This document shows positions 12,850-26,384 of a stretch of 64,000 bases of DNA, one piece after another; the stretch's first letter is position 1, and the number at the start of each line of letters is the position of its first letter. Source of the stretch: Octopus vulgaris (lineage: Eukaryota); the NCBI GenBank assembly GCA_951406725.2, contig OX597825.1, forward strand, positions 87,730,001-87,794,000. Reading direction: 5' to 3'. The notes under the pieces are model-generated. The model was not told where the DNA came from. It saw nothing but the letters and a program-made list of their open reading frames with translations, and ran no database searches. The translations under genes were made by a program, and so were the position numbers.

Positions 12850-15594
12850 CTCGACATACTAACGATCCTAGGAGATTTTAATGCTCGCGCGAGATCTGAC
12901 CATGATTCGTGGCAAACTTGTGTCGGACATTTTGGCATTGGCAATATGAATGGCAATGGTCAGAGACTGCTTGAGGTTTTGCACATAGCATAACCTGTGC
13001 ATCACCAACACATCCTTTGCCAACAAGCCATCCCACAATGCATCTTGGAGACATGCAAGATCTCACCACTGGCATCAGTTGAATCTCGTCATCACACGAA
13101 GATCCTTTATGAATTCTGTCCAACAGACCCGTAGTTACCATAGTGCGGATTGTCACACAGATCATTCACTAATAAGAAGTAGGGCGAAGATTCTGCCTAA
13201 AAATGTCCAACACTCCAAGAAAAAGGACCGACCACGCATTATCACTGGCAGAATCTCGGACCTAGACTGCGGAAACGTTTTGCTGCTTCTATCAAGGTTG
13301 CCCTTCAGTAGCTGCCCAACCTCCTCTGCTGAAAGTAGGTGGAATTATATCAGGGAAGCTTTGTATACCACATCAATAGATACTTTTCGGAATGAGTGAA
13401 AGGCATAACCCATATTGGTTCAGTGCTGAGTTCTCAGAGTTGGAACCAGTTATCGAAGTAAAGCGCGCAGCTCTGATGCAATACAAGAGTGATTCTTCTA
13501 CAAAGACACTCGAAGAACTCAGAAAGGCAAGAAGTAAAATCCAACTGACTGCCAGACTCTGTTGAAATAGGTGTTGGAAGGAAATCTGTCAGAGTATCCA
13601 GTTTGCTGCTGACAGTGGCGACACCCGCGGGATGTATGCCGGTTTGGAGAAGGGCCTCGATCCATCCGCAACCAAGTTAGCCCCTCTGAAATCAATTACA
13701 GGAGATCTCATCAAAGACCAAAGAAAGCAAATGGATAGATGGGTGGAGTACTACAAGGATCTCTACTCACGGGAGATCACGGTAGCTGAGGCTGCAATCG
13801 AGGGTGTCAAGATCTTGCCAGCCATGTGCGAATTTGAAATCCATAGTGGAGTTCACTCCAAGGCTATTGATTCCCTAGCCAGTGGCAAGGCTCTGGGAAA
13901 AGATGGCACCCCCTCAGAGATCATCAAAGCCGGGAAAAGCACCGTCCTACATCGGCACCTTCACGAGCTTCTGTGTCAGTGCTGGGAAAAGGGTACAGCC
14001 TCTCGGGATATGCGAGGTGCTAACGTCATTACGCTTTACAAAAACAAAGGTGACTGTGGTGATTGTATCAATTACTGTGGAATATCTCTTCTAAGCACTG
14101 TTGGAAAGACCGTTGCTCGCGTTATCATGTCCAGGCTACAACTGCTTGCTTCTCGAATTTATCCAGAATCGCAGTGTGGCTTTAGAAGAAGCAGATCAAC
14201 TATTGACATGATATTCTCCATACGCCAACTTCAGGAGAAGTCCAGAGAGCAGAAAATGCCATTATATATGGCCTTCATTGATCTGACAAATGCCTTTGAC
14301 TTGGTAAGTGGAAAAGACCTCTTCATCCTGCTTCAAAAAATCGGATGTCCACCAAAGCTGCTGAGGATCATCAAATCTTTCCATGATGATATGCAAGGCA
14401 CCACACAGCTCAATGGTTCAACATCAGCCGCCTTCCTAATAAAGAACATGTTAAAGCAAAGCTATATCTTTGTTCCTACATTATTTGGCATCTTCTTCTC
14501 GCTGCTGCTGTCACATTATTTTGAAACATCAGATGATTGAGTGTTTCTGCACAGTAGAAGTGACGGGAAACAGTTCAATCTCTCGAGTCTGCATGCCAAG
14601 ATCAAGGAGATGCTCTTCTCTGATGCTGCTGCTTTGGTATCACACTCAGCAAAGGCTCAGCAACTGCTTTGAGCAAGAATGTAGAGACTTTGGCTCAGAT
14701 ATCAGCTTCAGTAAGACCAACATCATGGGTCAGGCTACATCGGACATCCCAAACATACATATTGGAGACCGTAGACTACAAGAGGTATAGAAGTTTACAT
14801 ATCTTGGTTCTACCGTCACCTACAGCCTATCCCTTGATGCCGAGCTTAATACACGCCTTGGCAAGGCAGCTGCTGTGATGGCCCAGCTCTTCAAATGGGA
14901 ACGCAACAACAATAAGCTAACCACGAAAATGAAGATTTAGCAGGCATGTGTACTTAGCACTCTACTGTATGGCAGTGAAACCTGGACGCCATACACACGC
15001 CAAGAGTGTTGCCTAAATATCTTTCCCCTGCGCTTCCTCCGGAAAATCCTTGGCACCAAATGGCAGGCTCGTGTCCTCAACAAAGATGCCCTCAAGCAAG
15101 CAGGAAAACCAATCATGTTTGCACTTCTCACACAAAGACGTATGAGATAGCTTGGACATGTTAATTGTATAGAAGATGGCAGAATCCCCAAGGACATAAT
15201 CTACGAAGAGCTTGCTAGGAACACTAGGTCTGTTGGAAGACCATTTATATGGTACAAGGATGTTTTCAAAAGGGGCATGAATGCCTGTGACGTCAATATT
15301 AGCAATTGGGAAGCGGTTCCCAGCAACCGTGGAAATTGGCGACGCACCACACAAGAGGGAAAACAAAGGAGTGAGAGAGAGGGGGGGATGGAAAGACAAA
15401 GAAATACGTCAACTCGAAACTATGATATTACTACCAGCCAGGCAAAGTCTTTGCTACATTTGCAGCACCTGTAAGAGGGAGAGTTTGTCCAGGATAGGAC
15501 TACACAGCAGCAGATGCAAAGGATATGAAATGTAAAATCCAGACTGGATTATTTTATGCGTAACTCCATTGAATCCCGAGACAAAAAGGATGCC

Positions 15595-15597
<3 letters not shown>
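12850..15597 (+). mobile_element. RTE-clade LINE, 5'-truncated and degenerate (APE endonuclease C-half, RT, C-terminal zinc knuckle)
   Basis: ILGDFNAR..GIGNMNGNGQRLLE, SADCHTDHSL (APE); GKALGKDG, YCGISLLSTVGK, PESQCGFR..RSTIDMIFSIRQLQEK, AFIDLTNAFD (RT); LLYGSETWT; CSTCKRESLSRIGLHS; 3' end cgagacaaaaaggatgccaac followed by (TA)n. Multiple stops and frameshifts. Confidence 0.95.
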
Positions 15598-15633
<36 letters not shown>

Positions 15634-15850
15634 TGTACGTACGTAGCATGAATGTAAACGGAACTCATTCAGTGTTTGTTAATCGCATTTACAAATTGAT
15701 GACAGAAACTTATGTGGGTTACTGTGCCATTCACTGGACAATTTAGGTAACCGAGTTTTGTTCCAGCGGAGTCGTGACAATGTGTTCGCTTGCATCCTTT
15801 AATCCGTTTTCCTTCATTACCTCTATCACTATATGGTTTGAGTGCGTTTA

Positions 15851-15890
<40 letters not shown>

Positions 15891-17228
15891 GAATGGCACA
15901 TGTTTGTATGTATACGCGTTATTGTATAGCATCAACACTGTAAATCTACCATAATCAAATAAAAAAAGCTCACTAAACGATTTAACTATACATTTTCTTA
16001 GCCACAGGATTATAGCAATTACCGAGAACGCCATTGTTTTTATTTATCTCACCAATTACTAAGAACATTGTTGAATTCACTTCGTTTATTGTCATCTGCT
16101 CCAATATGTAAAACTTGCATTGAAATCTATTGAAAATATAAAATATGTGTATTTCCGGAGTTCATTTCTTTTTGATTTGGTATTATAGTTTCAGGCGTGC
16201 AATGATTAAATTCATTGTTCCCCAGTTTCAAAAGTACTTCTTATAGACCAATAAAATTATTGTTGCAGTTGCTTCAAGAAATCATCGTGGTCCTTGAACT
16301 CTAGATTTCTTCCAATTATCGTAATCATAATTATGGCTAAGAAAGGTCTTTTGTGTTGGTGTAGCAGTATGTTGCAATAATTTTAATTGCTTCTTTCTTC
16401 TCTACGTTTCAGCATATTTCGACATTTTGTATGTTTGTATAAACAAGTATTAGGTTTCCTTTACACACATTTGTTGCATTCTCTGTGGCCTATTATAATT
16501 CCTCTTGTGCTTATACTTGTTAGTTGCATGAACCCTTTAGCAACATTATTTCAGGCAGGTTTCTGATATTCAAAACATTGTACAGCTGCGTAAAATTGAC
16601 ATCTTATATTTCAAGGAATTATTGTGGATATTGAAGTTCTATAATTTTTTATAAAACTATTTCTAGAATTTCGAATTATATTAAACAGGTTCCTCTGTGA
16701 AATAAAACATAACGTTTTACAATTTAGTTTTCCAGTCACACGTCGACTGTATTCCGGTTAATATCAAAAGCTCTTTCACATTACTTAATCCATTTTCTCG
16801 CCTTCTTTCGAAATTGTGCTCACTTTTTATCATTATAATTGAAAACCGAAATGTCATTGAAAACATCGTGTATCTAGTAAATATTGATAGAAATTCTAGA
16901 TAGCAGGAAATTGGGATACATTACTGGTGTTTGAAGACATTGGTGAAAAAGAAAGCCAAAGCAGAAAAATGAAAATAGAATTAATTTCAGTCAACTAAAA
17001 TTTCGAAAGGGACTTTCGTGTCAAACTTCGTCAAATTGATATCGAACGAATATCAGATAGAATAGTGGCGAAGGAATGTAAAATATGATAAAAAAATATT
17101 TAATCAGTTGAAAGAACTTTCCTTGAAAATATCTTGTATTAGCAGTGGTTTTAGCAGTTGAAACAACAGCAGATGCAGTTTGCATTACTTTTGTAAGGAA
17201 AAGAATTTTCTTAACACAAGTGCTACTG

Positions 17229-17282
<54 letters not shown>

Positions 17283-17779
17283 TGTTAGTAAATTATAAAT
17301 TACAAACGCTCCCCGTCCAATGGACGGTGCTGAGTTGTCAAACATTTAAACCAAATTTTCTCAAAACAACTTGTCCGACCGTCCCTTCGCCCCCCACCTT
17401 TGAGAAACATTAATTTAACCTAAATTTGAGACACCAGCAAAAGAAGAAATAAAGATAGAGTTTTTTTCTATTCCAAAGAAAAACGATTTTATTCACACAA
17501 ATATGCAACTGAAGGGTTTAAAGTACCAGTAATGATTGACTGGCTGTGGACTGGGAGAACACAAACATGGTTTAAACAGTGGGCTTGGCAGGAAAGAAAC
17601 GTGCCTTTAAGCAGTACAAAAACAACTAAAACTTGAAAGTGCAGTTATGTACAGGTTGACGGAAGAAATGCAGGACAAAAACGATGCATGCAAATGGGTT
17701 ACCTGGAGGTAAATCTAGATGGAAAGGCATGATGAAATTATGAGAACGTACCTGGGACAATAATAAGTTTATATTATTT

Positions 17780-18060
17780 CAAGCCAGTCGGCTTTTTTGC
17801 GCAAACTGCATGTGCAGTTTTCTCGCGTACGCGTAGTATCGATCGCAACAGCAGATATACTTGCGCATACAAATGCACGTTCCCACGGCTTTATCGATCA
17901 CATTCTCACGTGGAATCGATTTTTTGTAACTTTTTAAAAACTTATATACGCCCTGATATCGTCGGTATCTACATATCAAATTTGAGCCCAATGAGATGGA
18001 GGATACCCGAGATCCTAGAAGAGACACACACACAGACAGAACGGATTTTATATAATATAT
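17780..18060 (+). mobile_element. DINE-1/HINE-like non-autonomous rolling-circle-type repeat
   Basis: atctacatatcaaatttgagcccaatgagatg...gagatcctagaagagacacacacacagacagaacggattttatata resembles the core plus microsatellite 3' end of DINE-like elements. Confidence 0.45.
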
Positions 18061-18280
18061 ATTTCTTTACTACCCACAAGGGTCTAAACACAGAGGAGAC
18101 AAACAAAGACAGACAAAGGGATTAAGTCGATTACATCGATTCCCAGTGCGTAATTGGTACTTAATTTATCGACCCCGAAATGATGAAAGGCAAAGTCGAC
18201 CTCAGCAGAATTTGAACTCAGAACGTAGCATCAGACGAAATACGGCTACGCATTTCACGATTCTGCCAGTTCGCCGCCTT
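18061..18280 (-). mobile_element. SINE family B copy with 19-bp target-site duplication
   Basis: cggattttatataatatat occurs at 18042-18060 and 18281-18299, flanking a near-full family B copy. Confidence 0.92.
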
Positions 18281-18781
18281 CGGATTTTATATAATATATT
18301 AAACAGGAAAACAGTTTTCATGCTGCGCTGTAAGGGTGAACTCCATTGTTAAAATGGGGAGACGCTATAGTTATTAGCCAAAATAGTGAAACTATGACAA
18401 CTTGGCGAGACACTGGCAAACTTTTTAAACAGAGAAACCCCTCCCTCCACCATCAGTTTTTTCTGTGACTATTTATTTTGTGAGACAAAGTTGTTCAATT
18501 GGATTCTGGAAATTATAATTGCCTGTTTAGTTTATGTGCTTTTTGTTAGGCATTTATGGATTTATTTTATGCCCCAGGAATTCGCCAGAACTTTTATCAG
18601 GTTCAAAATAATTTCTGTGTCACATCTGAGCGAGTACAAACATCTTTTAAGTTATGTTATGTAATATTATTTATGTGAATTTCGAACCCTGCATTTGTGA
18701 TAGGTTGTGGTCATTTTGCTATTTTCTGTTAAGATAAATGTCAAAATTTGTATAAATAGCTAAAACGGTGAATGGATTTAA

Positions 18782-19135
18782 GGATCTTTTCGGTTTGAAC
18801 GGCAGTTTTTTCTAGCTGTGTCATATGAAATTGTCACCCATAATTATGAGGGTATCTTTTTTTCTTCACAAATATAAATAAACCCAATCTGTTTCTTAAA
18901 CGAGGGACATATTCATACGGCACAGAATGTTTTCACCTCAATACACGTCATTGATTGGTTGAAATTTCAGAAATTGAAGAAAGAAACAACAAATATCTCA
19001 CAAACTATAGAATTTTCTCAATAAAGCCAAGAGAAAAAGATGTTTTATAAACACATTCTACCAGTATACGAAGTTTAAAAGTGTCTAGCTACTTGAATTT
19101 TTTTTTAAAAACTGCCGTTCAAACCGAAAATATCC
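18782..19135. mobile_element. MITE with ~30-bp TIRs and probable 9-bp TSD
   Basis: TIRs ggatcttttcggtttgaacggcagttttt / aaaaactgccgttcaaaccgaaaatatcc; flanks tggatttaa (18773-18781) and tgaatttaa (19136-19144). Confidence 0.88.
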
Positions 19136-20224
19136 TGAATTTAATTTTTTCATGTAGCCAATTTTTGTATTAGACAACTAAATGTAAATTTTGTGTAATG
19201 GTTATTCAGCTGCTTGTATGAAGCAGTTGTGTGTGAATTTAAAGCAAACTAGCTTGTTTGACAATTTTATTTTTTAACTATAATTATTGATGTAGTCTGG
19301 CAGCCGTTTTGTGTCATGAACTTTTAAATGGTTGCTTTGACATTAAATTTAATTATGTTTAGGTTCAAGGTTCGAATCCCAACGTTGAACTCCGAATTAT
19401 TGGAAGACAGATTTTATGAAGTCAAGGTTCGAAATCCACTGTCGAAATCTGAGTTTCGAAAACTGAATTTGTACTAAAATGGAAATCCAGATTTTATGAA
19501 GTCAAACATTTTTGGAATGCAAATGTTTTGAAAAACCAAATTTCTGTGAGGCTAATTTTGGTGAAACCAAAAACCAGGATGCGGAGTTCGAATTTCTGAA
19601 CTGTCAATATAGGTTACCTTCGTAACTTTTGACTGCACGTTTTGTGTAGCAGTTGCTGTTTGTTTGTGTATATATCTGTTTGTATGTAAGCTGTTTTTAT
19701 GCTGACTATTAATAGTTTACAAAATAATTAATGCTATGATGTCTGTGTTGAATTCATCCTATCAACGTTGATTCTTTAAATTCGGGTTATGGCCACCACC
19801 AGGTCGTAATAATAATAATAATAATATATATATATATATATAACACTTATCGTTTTTTAGCAGGTTTGTGTTAAGGTATTTTGTACTATAGTTTCATGTA
19901 TATGCTATAATATTTTAGATTCATATATTTTATTTTAGTTGAAAATAATTTCTGTGTAACGTATTTGACAATTTTTCCTGTACTCTCGTCGTGAGTGGTC
20001 TAGAGTATATTTCTTATATTGCCGACCTCTTACGTTAAGAAACAGTCGAGCATTTCCTGACCCTAATTGTCAGTTGCATGTTTCTTCCATGGAAATGCTG
20101 ATGTGTCTTGAAGCGTTGATGTAACATTGTCTTCGTGTGATTACACTTTACAACTCATTCATTTTACTACATATGCCACCCCTATCTATAAGACACCCTT
20201 TGTTAGATTTCCAGACATTTTCTC

Positions 20225-20485
20225 ACGGTTTCTATAAGATTTCTATACGTGTCAAATGTAAGGTATATCAGGCTATAGTGCTGTCTTGCCTTCTGTATGG
20301 AGTTCAAAACTGGACAGTCTATAGCGATCAGACAGACAAGTTGCATGCGTATATGATGAGACTGCTGATAAGAATGATGAATATCCTTCTCTTTAAGAAG
20401 ATCAGGAACGAAGACATCGTATGGCGTGCTGGTCTGCCTCTTACGAAGGACCTCCTCATTGATAGAATTTTACGTTGAATGGTAA
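20225..20485 (+). mobile_element. RTE LINE 3' RT fragment
   Basis: ISIRVKCKVYQAIVLSCLLYGVQNWTVY..KLHAYMMRLL..IRNEDIVWRAGLP..RILR matches the conserved RTE post-RT block. Confidence 0.85.
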
Positions 20486-22189
20486 CTTACAAATTATTAT
20501 TTCTTTACTGAAATATTCCACCCCATGAATCTGTAAACCCCACTTCCTATAGGTTGAGGTTTATCAGAAAAGACTTTAGTGTAAAAGAATGCGAAATGGG
20601 AAGTTACAGGGATGCAAAAAGAAACAACTACATACTGAATTACTGAAACCATTTTATTCGTTTTACTCATCCTGCCATACCATTATCATTACAGCAATCT
20701 GTGCTGGACATGATTTAATCAAATGATGTAATCAAGCTTTTGGTTGATACACATTTGATCATACTTGCAAGGATTAATGGCTTAGTGACTCTCCACGGAA
20801 TGCAGGATATTTAGTTTATCACATTCTCTGTCTCTGCGCATTTCAACACTTCACTGCGAAACACCATTAATACCTAATGCTGAAACAACAACGATAACCG
20901 TTAATGGCAATAATCACCGAATTTAAATCCCGTGATTTTTGCAATGGCTGTACACACATTGAGTAGCATGTGTAGATTATATTTTGGCTTACATAAAAGA
21001 GACTAATTTTCATCTGATGCGCTATACACTCTTTTCTGTGAATTTAATATCACACAATAACATGTTTTAGCTGAATGCTTTTATTCTTTCAAAGAACAGA
21101 AATTGGGACTTATTTCATAGGTAGAATTGGTTCATTTATCTGAAAGAATGTTCCAGTCAGTGACTGGTTTCCTAAGTCTAAAATATGAAACAGTTTTAGA
21201 ATACAAGATGAAACTATGCTATTAACGTATTTGAAAAGCACTGATGGTATTTGTGTACTTTCACTTGCTACAGTAGGCATATCAAGTTTAGAGTTTGCGA
21301 GGTCTATGAATGAATCATTTATGGACTCGACAAAGGATAAACTTTTGGACATATCAAATTATTATATTATTGCTATGCAAAGGATGGAATTAAACAAATA
21401 CTATGCAAGCATAACTAATATGTACTGGTATTATAAAATATACTGATGCATTAATGTTATAATTCATAATCTGAGATGCATTTAACAAGGTAACGTAGGA
21501 AAAATATAATTACATGAATTCATAATCAAACACTTTCATTCGAATTGAAATTACTAATAAGCAACTTAACAACATGTCTGTATTTTAAACATAGAACTAT
21601 ATACAATAACACAGTATTTTAATGTCTTCAATAATTTAAATTACGATGCGATATTATTTTCGTATATCTAGAATGACTCTGAATGTTCACTTATCTGCCG
21701 TTACCTAAAATAACACAATAATCCTCTTCAGGCTTTTTAGGAATCATATTTTATAGACATTGTACTTTAGCCTGAAGCTAATCGTCTTGCCATTCTATAC
21801 AAAGCAAACATACAGACACACACACACTTATATATATATATATATATATATATATCTATATATATATATATATATATATATAAGTAATTTTCAACTATTT
21901 TATTTTTGTTAGATTTTTAATCTGTCTGCGTGCCATAACAGGAATATAAGAATAGAAAAATAAATCGCTTAGGTGACATTTTCCCATGAAAGATTCAATC
22001 TTTTATGATCCCAATAATTAATTTCAGTATAATAATGTTTCACTGGTTTCCATAAAAAACACGATTGACTGGAATTCCAATGTGTAGAAACTAAATCGTC
22101 TAACTCTTTTCATATATTAAAAAAGATGTCCTGGGTATTATAGAGCAACCCTATATCTACCAATTTATTGTTCACACACTCTTTCTCTA

Positions 22190-22500
22190 TTCCTGTCTGT
22201 CTATCGATTTCTCCTACTTTCTTCGAGAGGGGATAGTCCAAGCACTTGCATTCATTTAGATCCAGAGACAAAAGGAACTCCATTTCCCTGTTGCGCTTTC
22301 TCTGGAGTCTTCGTGACCTACGAGATGAAACACCTAGCATCAAGTGGACCATTATCGAAAGGGTGCCACTATATTTACTCTCACCCCTAATTACCAGCTG
22401 TGCCTCCGCGAGAAACTGCATATCATCTACCCATCCGCAGTATCCATCAAGAAATATGAAGTATCGTATCACTGTCACCAGAGAAACACCCCTCTGGTAA
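22190..22500 (+). mobile_element. Penelope-like element, GIY-YIG endonuclease C-terminal fragment
   Basis: HSFRSRDKRNSISLLRFLWSLRD..SIKWTIIER and QLCLREKLHII match the PLE C-terminus pattern HxxSF..T.LSKHIW.LK..I.W.I..CxLCLxEK. Confidence 0.75.
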
Positions 22501-22509
22501 ATCTAAGCC

Positions 22510-22900
22510 ATTGTGAAACTGAAACCCGAGTGTGTTTTTAGTCAGTTGAAAGCGGTTTTGGCAGAAACTTATCAGACTGGTGTCTCATACCCAAGTCTTC
22601 AATGATAATAGACTAAACTGAACCGTAAATAATCTCCACATCCCCTGATAACTCACGGATGATGATTCGAAGATTTCCTCTCATTGCTGCATACACACCT
22701 GCAATGTTTTTCTCAGTTCCGCTGGTTGCAGGTCTCCCAGAACGTTCGTCAATACCGACATTTTTTCGGTCATCTGAGAACACGTCTGAGCAACTCATAC
22801 ACTTGTGAGCGCCTCATACACTCCTCTCCATACACTTTCTGTAACTGTACGTAGGCCTCTGAGCAGGTATCGGCATGGCAACTTTGTCTACCATGGTCAA
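22510..22900 (-). mobile_element. mariner transposase N-terminal (HTH) fragment
   Basis: EAYVQLQKVYGEECMRRSQVYE..DERSGRPATS..IRELSGDVEI.YGSV.SII.EDLGMR..KFLPK; typical mariner paired-HTH and WVPx linker region. Confidence 0.9.
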
Positions 22901-25529
22901 TGCGGTGATCACACGCTACACACCTTCCTTCCAAGCACTGCTGTAAACAGCGGAAGTGAGCTGGAACGTTAAAACTTAGAGCGCATGAATCAGTGGGAAG
23001 CGGCTTTACTCTGAGTGATTTAGCTAGTTACTATGGCAACAGCCAGAATACTTATTTTCCATTCATTTTTCTCCTCCGTTTAGCACACATCACAATAAGA
23101 CCATTACGCCTATTGCTTGTTGCGGTATTCAAAACTTTTAATAATGAAATATTCTGCCATGATGAATTAAAATTTTGTTTTAATTCGTCCATGTCTGGTT
23201 ATTACGTACGCACCTCTTAGAATGCATCTACACATGTCAGCTTCAGTATCACCCAAGGAAGTCCCTGTGACTATAATGTTCACTAAGTTTCTCAGTTATA
23301 TACACATGTAAAGTTCTGTTTCTCCCGAAAATCATTGGAGCGTCGGTGGGTGAGAAAACTTCGACAGTATTTGGATTGTTTATAATATAGTAAAATGTTT
23401 TAAAACTATTTTACTGAAATATTTTTGGTCTCGTTTGAAAGTTACTCTTTAATCATCAGTTGTAACGTGTTTGAGAATAACGGTTAACAAGTAATTTAAC
23501 GATTATTTAATGGAAACGTACTTAGAGAAATATCAAAGCACATAACATTCACACATCGATATGTTTTACTAGTTGAATTTCGGAAATACCTATTCATTTG
23601 GTTTCTTGTATTACCAGTATTTCTTGAAGGTAAAGGAAATTCAAAAGATCCAAAATATCAATATCAGAACAATCGGTTTGAACATAGAAAAATTGCAATT
23701 CAAAGAGGAATGGAGATATCTCCGTAAGGCAACGAGTGTCTTCATGAAATTATGCAGATATTATTGTATATGTGGGTGCTTATTATTTGTAAGACAAACT
23801 CGCCTGGAGTGGATGCGTAGGAACTTTTTTTTTTCTTTTTGCAAGTACGTTTCGACAGCAATGATAGGTCATAGGTTTATGAAGATTTCGAAATGTTCTC
23901 GGTTAAACCCATTAAGAAGAACCTGTTTCAATTGTTTATATTGCCTTACAGGTAATTTACGAAAGACAGCGGTGGGGCTGATTAAACAATTTCTATTTGT
24001 TATCCTCGGGGTTAATTAAAACTTCTATTTATTATCCTTAGGGTTTATTTAAAAAGTTTTCTGCATAATGGTTGTGAAAACGCAGTACTTTTCTATAACA
24101 TTTGAAAGGCAGATTCGTATAACATGTTGCATTAAAGACCAAACATATGCTGCTATATGCCTAAGATTTAATGAAATGGTGCTTTACACCACATTATACT
24201 TCTCTTTATGTTTACATACAACCATTTTATTTCTATAAGCCGAGTAAATATTTTTCTCCATGTATATGGTATTTGTGATTGATTGCTTTTAAGAGAATGA
24301 AGTAATACCGAATATCTTAGGTGTATGAAGATATCTAAGATATTTCTCGTCATATAGAACTATGCTTAATAAGGCTTCGCTTAATACATAACACAAAGCT
24401 GCAATAACAATATTTTCAGTATATTTCACAGCTGACATATCAAAGTTATTATTCCCCATAAATGAATTTAAAACTAAAGAATCTATCGATGCAGATTTAA
24501 CCATTGTGTTCATCTTCTTATAATCACCGAGGACCACCTCTGTTTATTCGGATTAAGATCTTATCTGATACTGGTATAAACCAGTTAAGGATTACACTGC
24601 TTTAAATACAAAAGAAAAAAATAAACACATGCCAAACGCTTACATTTACCACCAACAGTATGTATATTATACACGATAGCATTTTCAAAACAAGATGAAA
24701 CGCTTGTTTAATGTTATGGTTGTTTGTGCATTCTGAAGATATATTCCAAGTTACACATACACACATGAACACCGTCTCCACAAAGTAATACACGAACTGA
24801 ATGGTAGACACGTAAGGGATTGTTACAATATGTGTGGATTTTCTGCGTAGTAGTCGAATCTAAAATACACTGAGCAAGGATGTAAATATTACCAGATTTA
24901 TCCAGAATGAGGAATGTAAAGATTAGCGGTTTTATCAGCGGGTACAACTATCCCTGGAACCTTCTCGAAATCTTCAAATATCTGCAGACTCCACTTAAGC
25001 TTAGGTGCGAAACTTTACTAATGTTAGGAAAAACTAAGTTAATTCACCTGAAGTGATGCCTTTGCACTGTAGGGAACATTGAAATTCATTGTATAATTTC
25101 CGTCCCAAAAGGGAGTGAAGTAGGATGTGACGAAAAGATCGTTGTGGTAAGTAAAGTTTCCAGTAAACTCTCGCTTCGGCATCAATTGTTTCTGCTATGC
25201 TCAACGTGCACCAAGGAATTCTCAACGTAGCTCCAGCGGCGATTGTGTAATTACCGTGGATGACGCCAGATAGCCATTAACAGTGAAAGAGCTTTGCCGG
25301 CATACTGCTAGGAACGCATCCAAAATGCAGTTTAAATTTAAATCTAACACTCACACCCTTTCACACACACACACACACACACATGTATATATAAACAAGT
25401 AAATAACAGATGGATAATGTGCCAATCGACTACAGTTGTTTTTAACGAATTTTTATTTGATTAATGGAGACGTTAAGTGCCTGGTTCACTTGGCTCCTGA
25501 TCTATTATATATGTGTGTTTGTGTGTTCA

Positions 25530-25570
<41 letters not shown>

Positions 25571-25703
25571 CCTACAGATGAGATTTAGAGATTCTCAGTC
25601 TAGAAGACGCTTAGTAGTGAGAATTAGACTCCGATGTCTTTACAGACGATCAATTCCACAAGAAAAAAAAATGGCTATCAGGGGGATTATGTTGTGCAGA
25701 TAT

Positions 25704-25831
25704 AGAGGCAATTATGCAGATAAAAAAATTAGACATATTAAAAACAATTTAGGTAAGAAATACAAAATATAGTATTTCGTTCCCAAACTGTTATACTTCC
25801 AGTCTAATTTTTTATCTGCATAATTGTCTCT
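25704..25831. repeat. Imperfect hairpin/inverted repeat between microsatellites
   Basis: agaggcaattatgcagataaaaaaattagac versus gtctaattttttatctgcataattgtctct, plus inner aacaatttaggtaagaaatac / gtatttcgttcccaaactgtt. Confidence 0.8.
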
Positions 25832-25870
25832 CTCTCCCTCTGTTTCTCCCCACCTCTCTCTCACTCTCTC

Positions 25871-25905
<35 letters not shown>

Positions 25906-25920
25906 GTCTATCTATCTATC

Positions 25921-26301
25921 GGTTTCAGCCATTAGACCTCGACTATGCTGGAGCACCCCTCTGAAGAATCTTTAGATGAAGGTAAAGACTCTAGTATATA
26001 CATATATTGTTAATGCCTGATACTTATTCAATCTATCTCTTTTACTGAACAGCTAAGTTACATGTATGTAAACATACCAACACTGGCCGTCAATCAGTGG
26101 TGGTTGAAATACAGGCAAGCACATGCACACACAGACACATATACATACATACATATGCACAACGGTCTCTTTTTGTTGTCCGTCTACCAAACCCTCTAAC
26201 ATGGCTTTTGTCGGCCCGAGTACACTTGCTGGAGCTGCCACTCAATGACTGAACTCGAAACCATGCAGTTGGGAAATAATCGCTTTACCACAAAGCCACA
26301 C

Positions 26302-26303
<2 letters not shown>
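25921..26303 (-). mobile_element. SINE family A copy
   Basis: Reverse-complement tail (gtttcagccatt..atgctggagcacc), internal CA tract and head (gactgaactcgaaaccatgcagttggga..ttaccacaaagcca). Confidence 0.8.
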
Positions 26304-26371
<68 letters not shown>

Positions 26372-26384
26372 TGTGTGTGCATAT

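Noticed and set aside
23573-24019. 148-aa ORF with a non-ATG start
   Set aside because: No motif or homology recognised; consistent with a chance ORF in AT-rich DNA.
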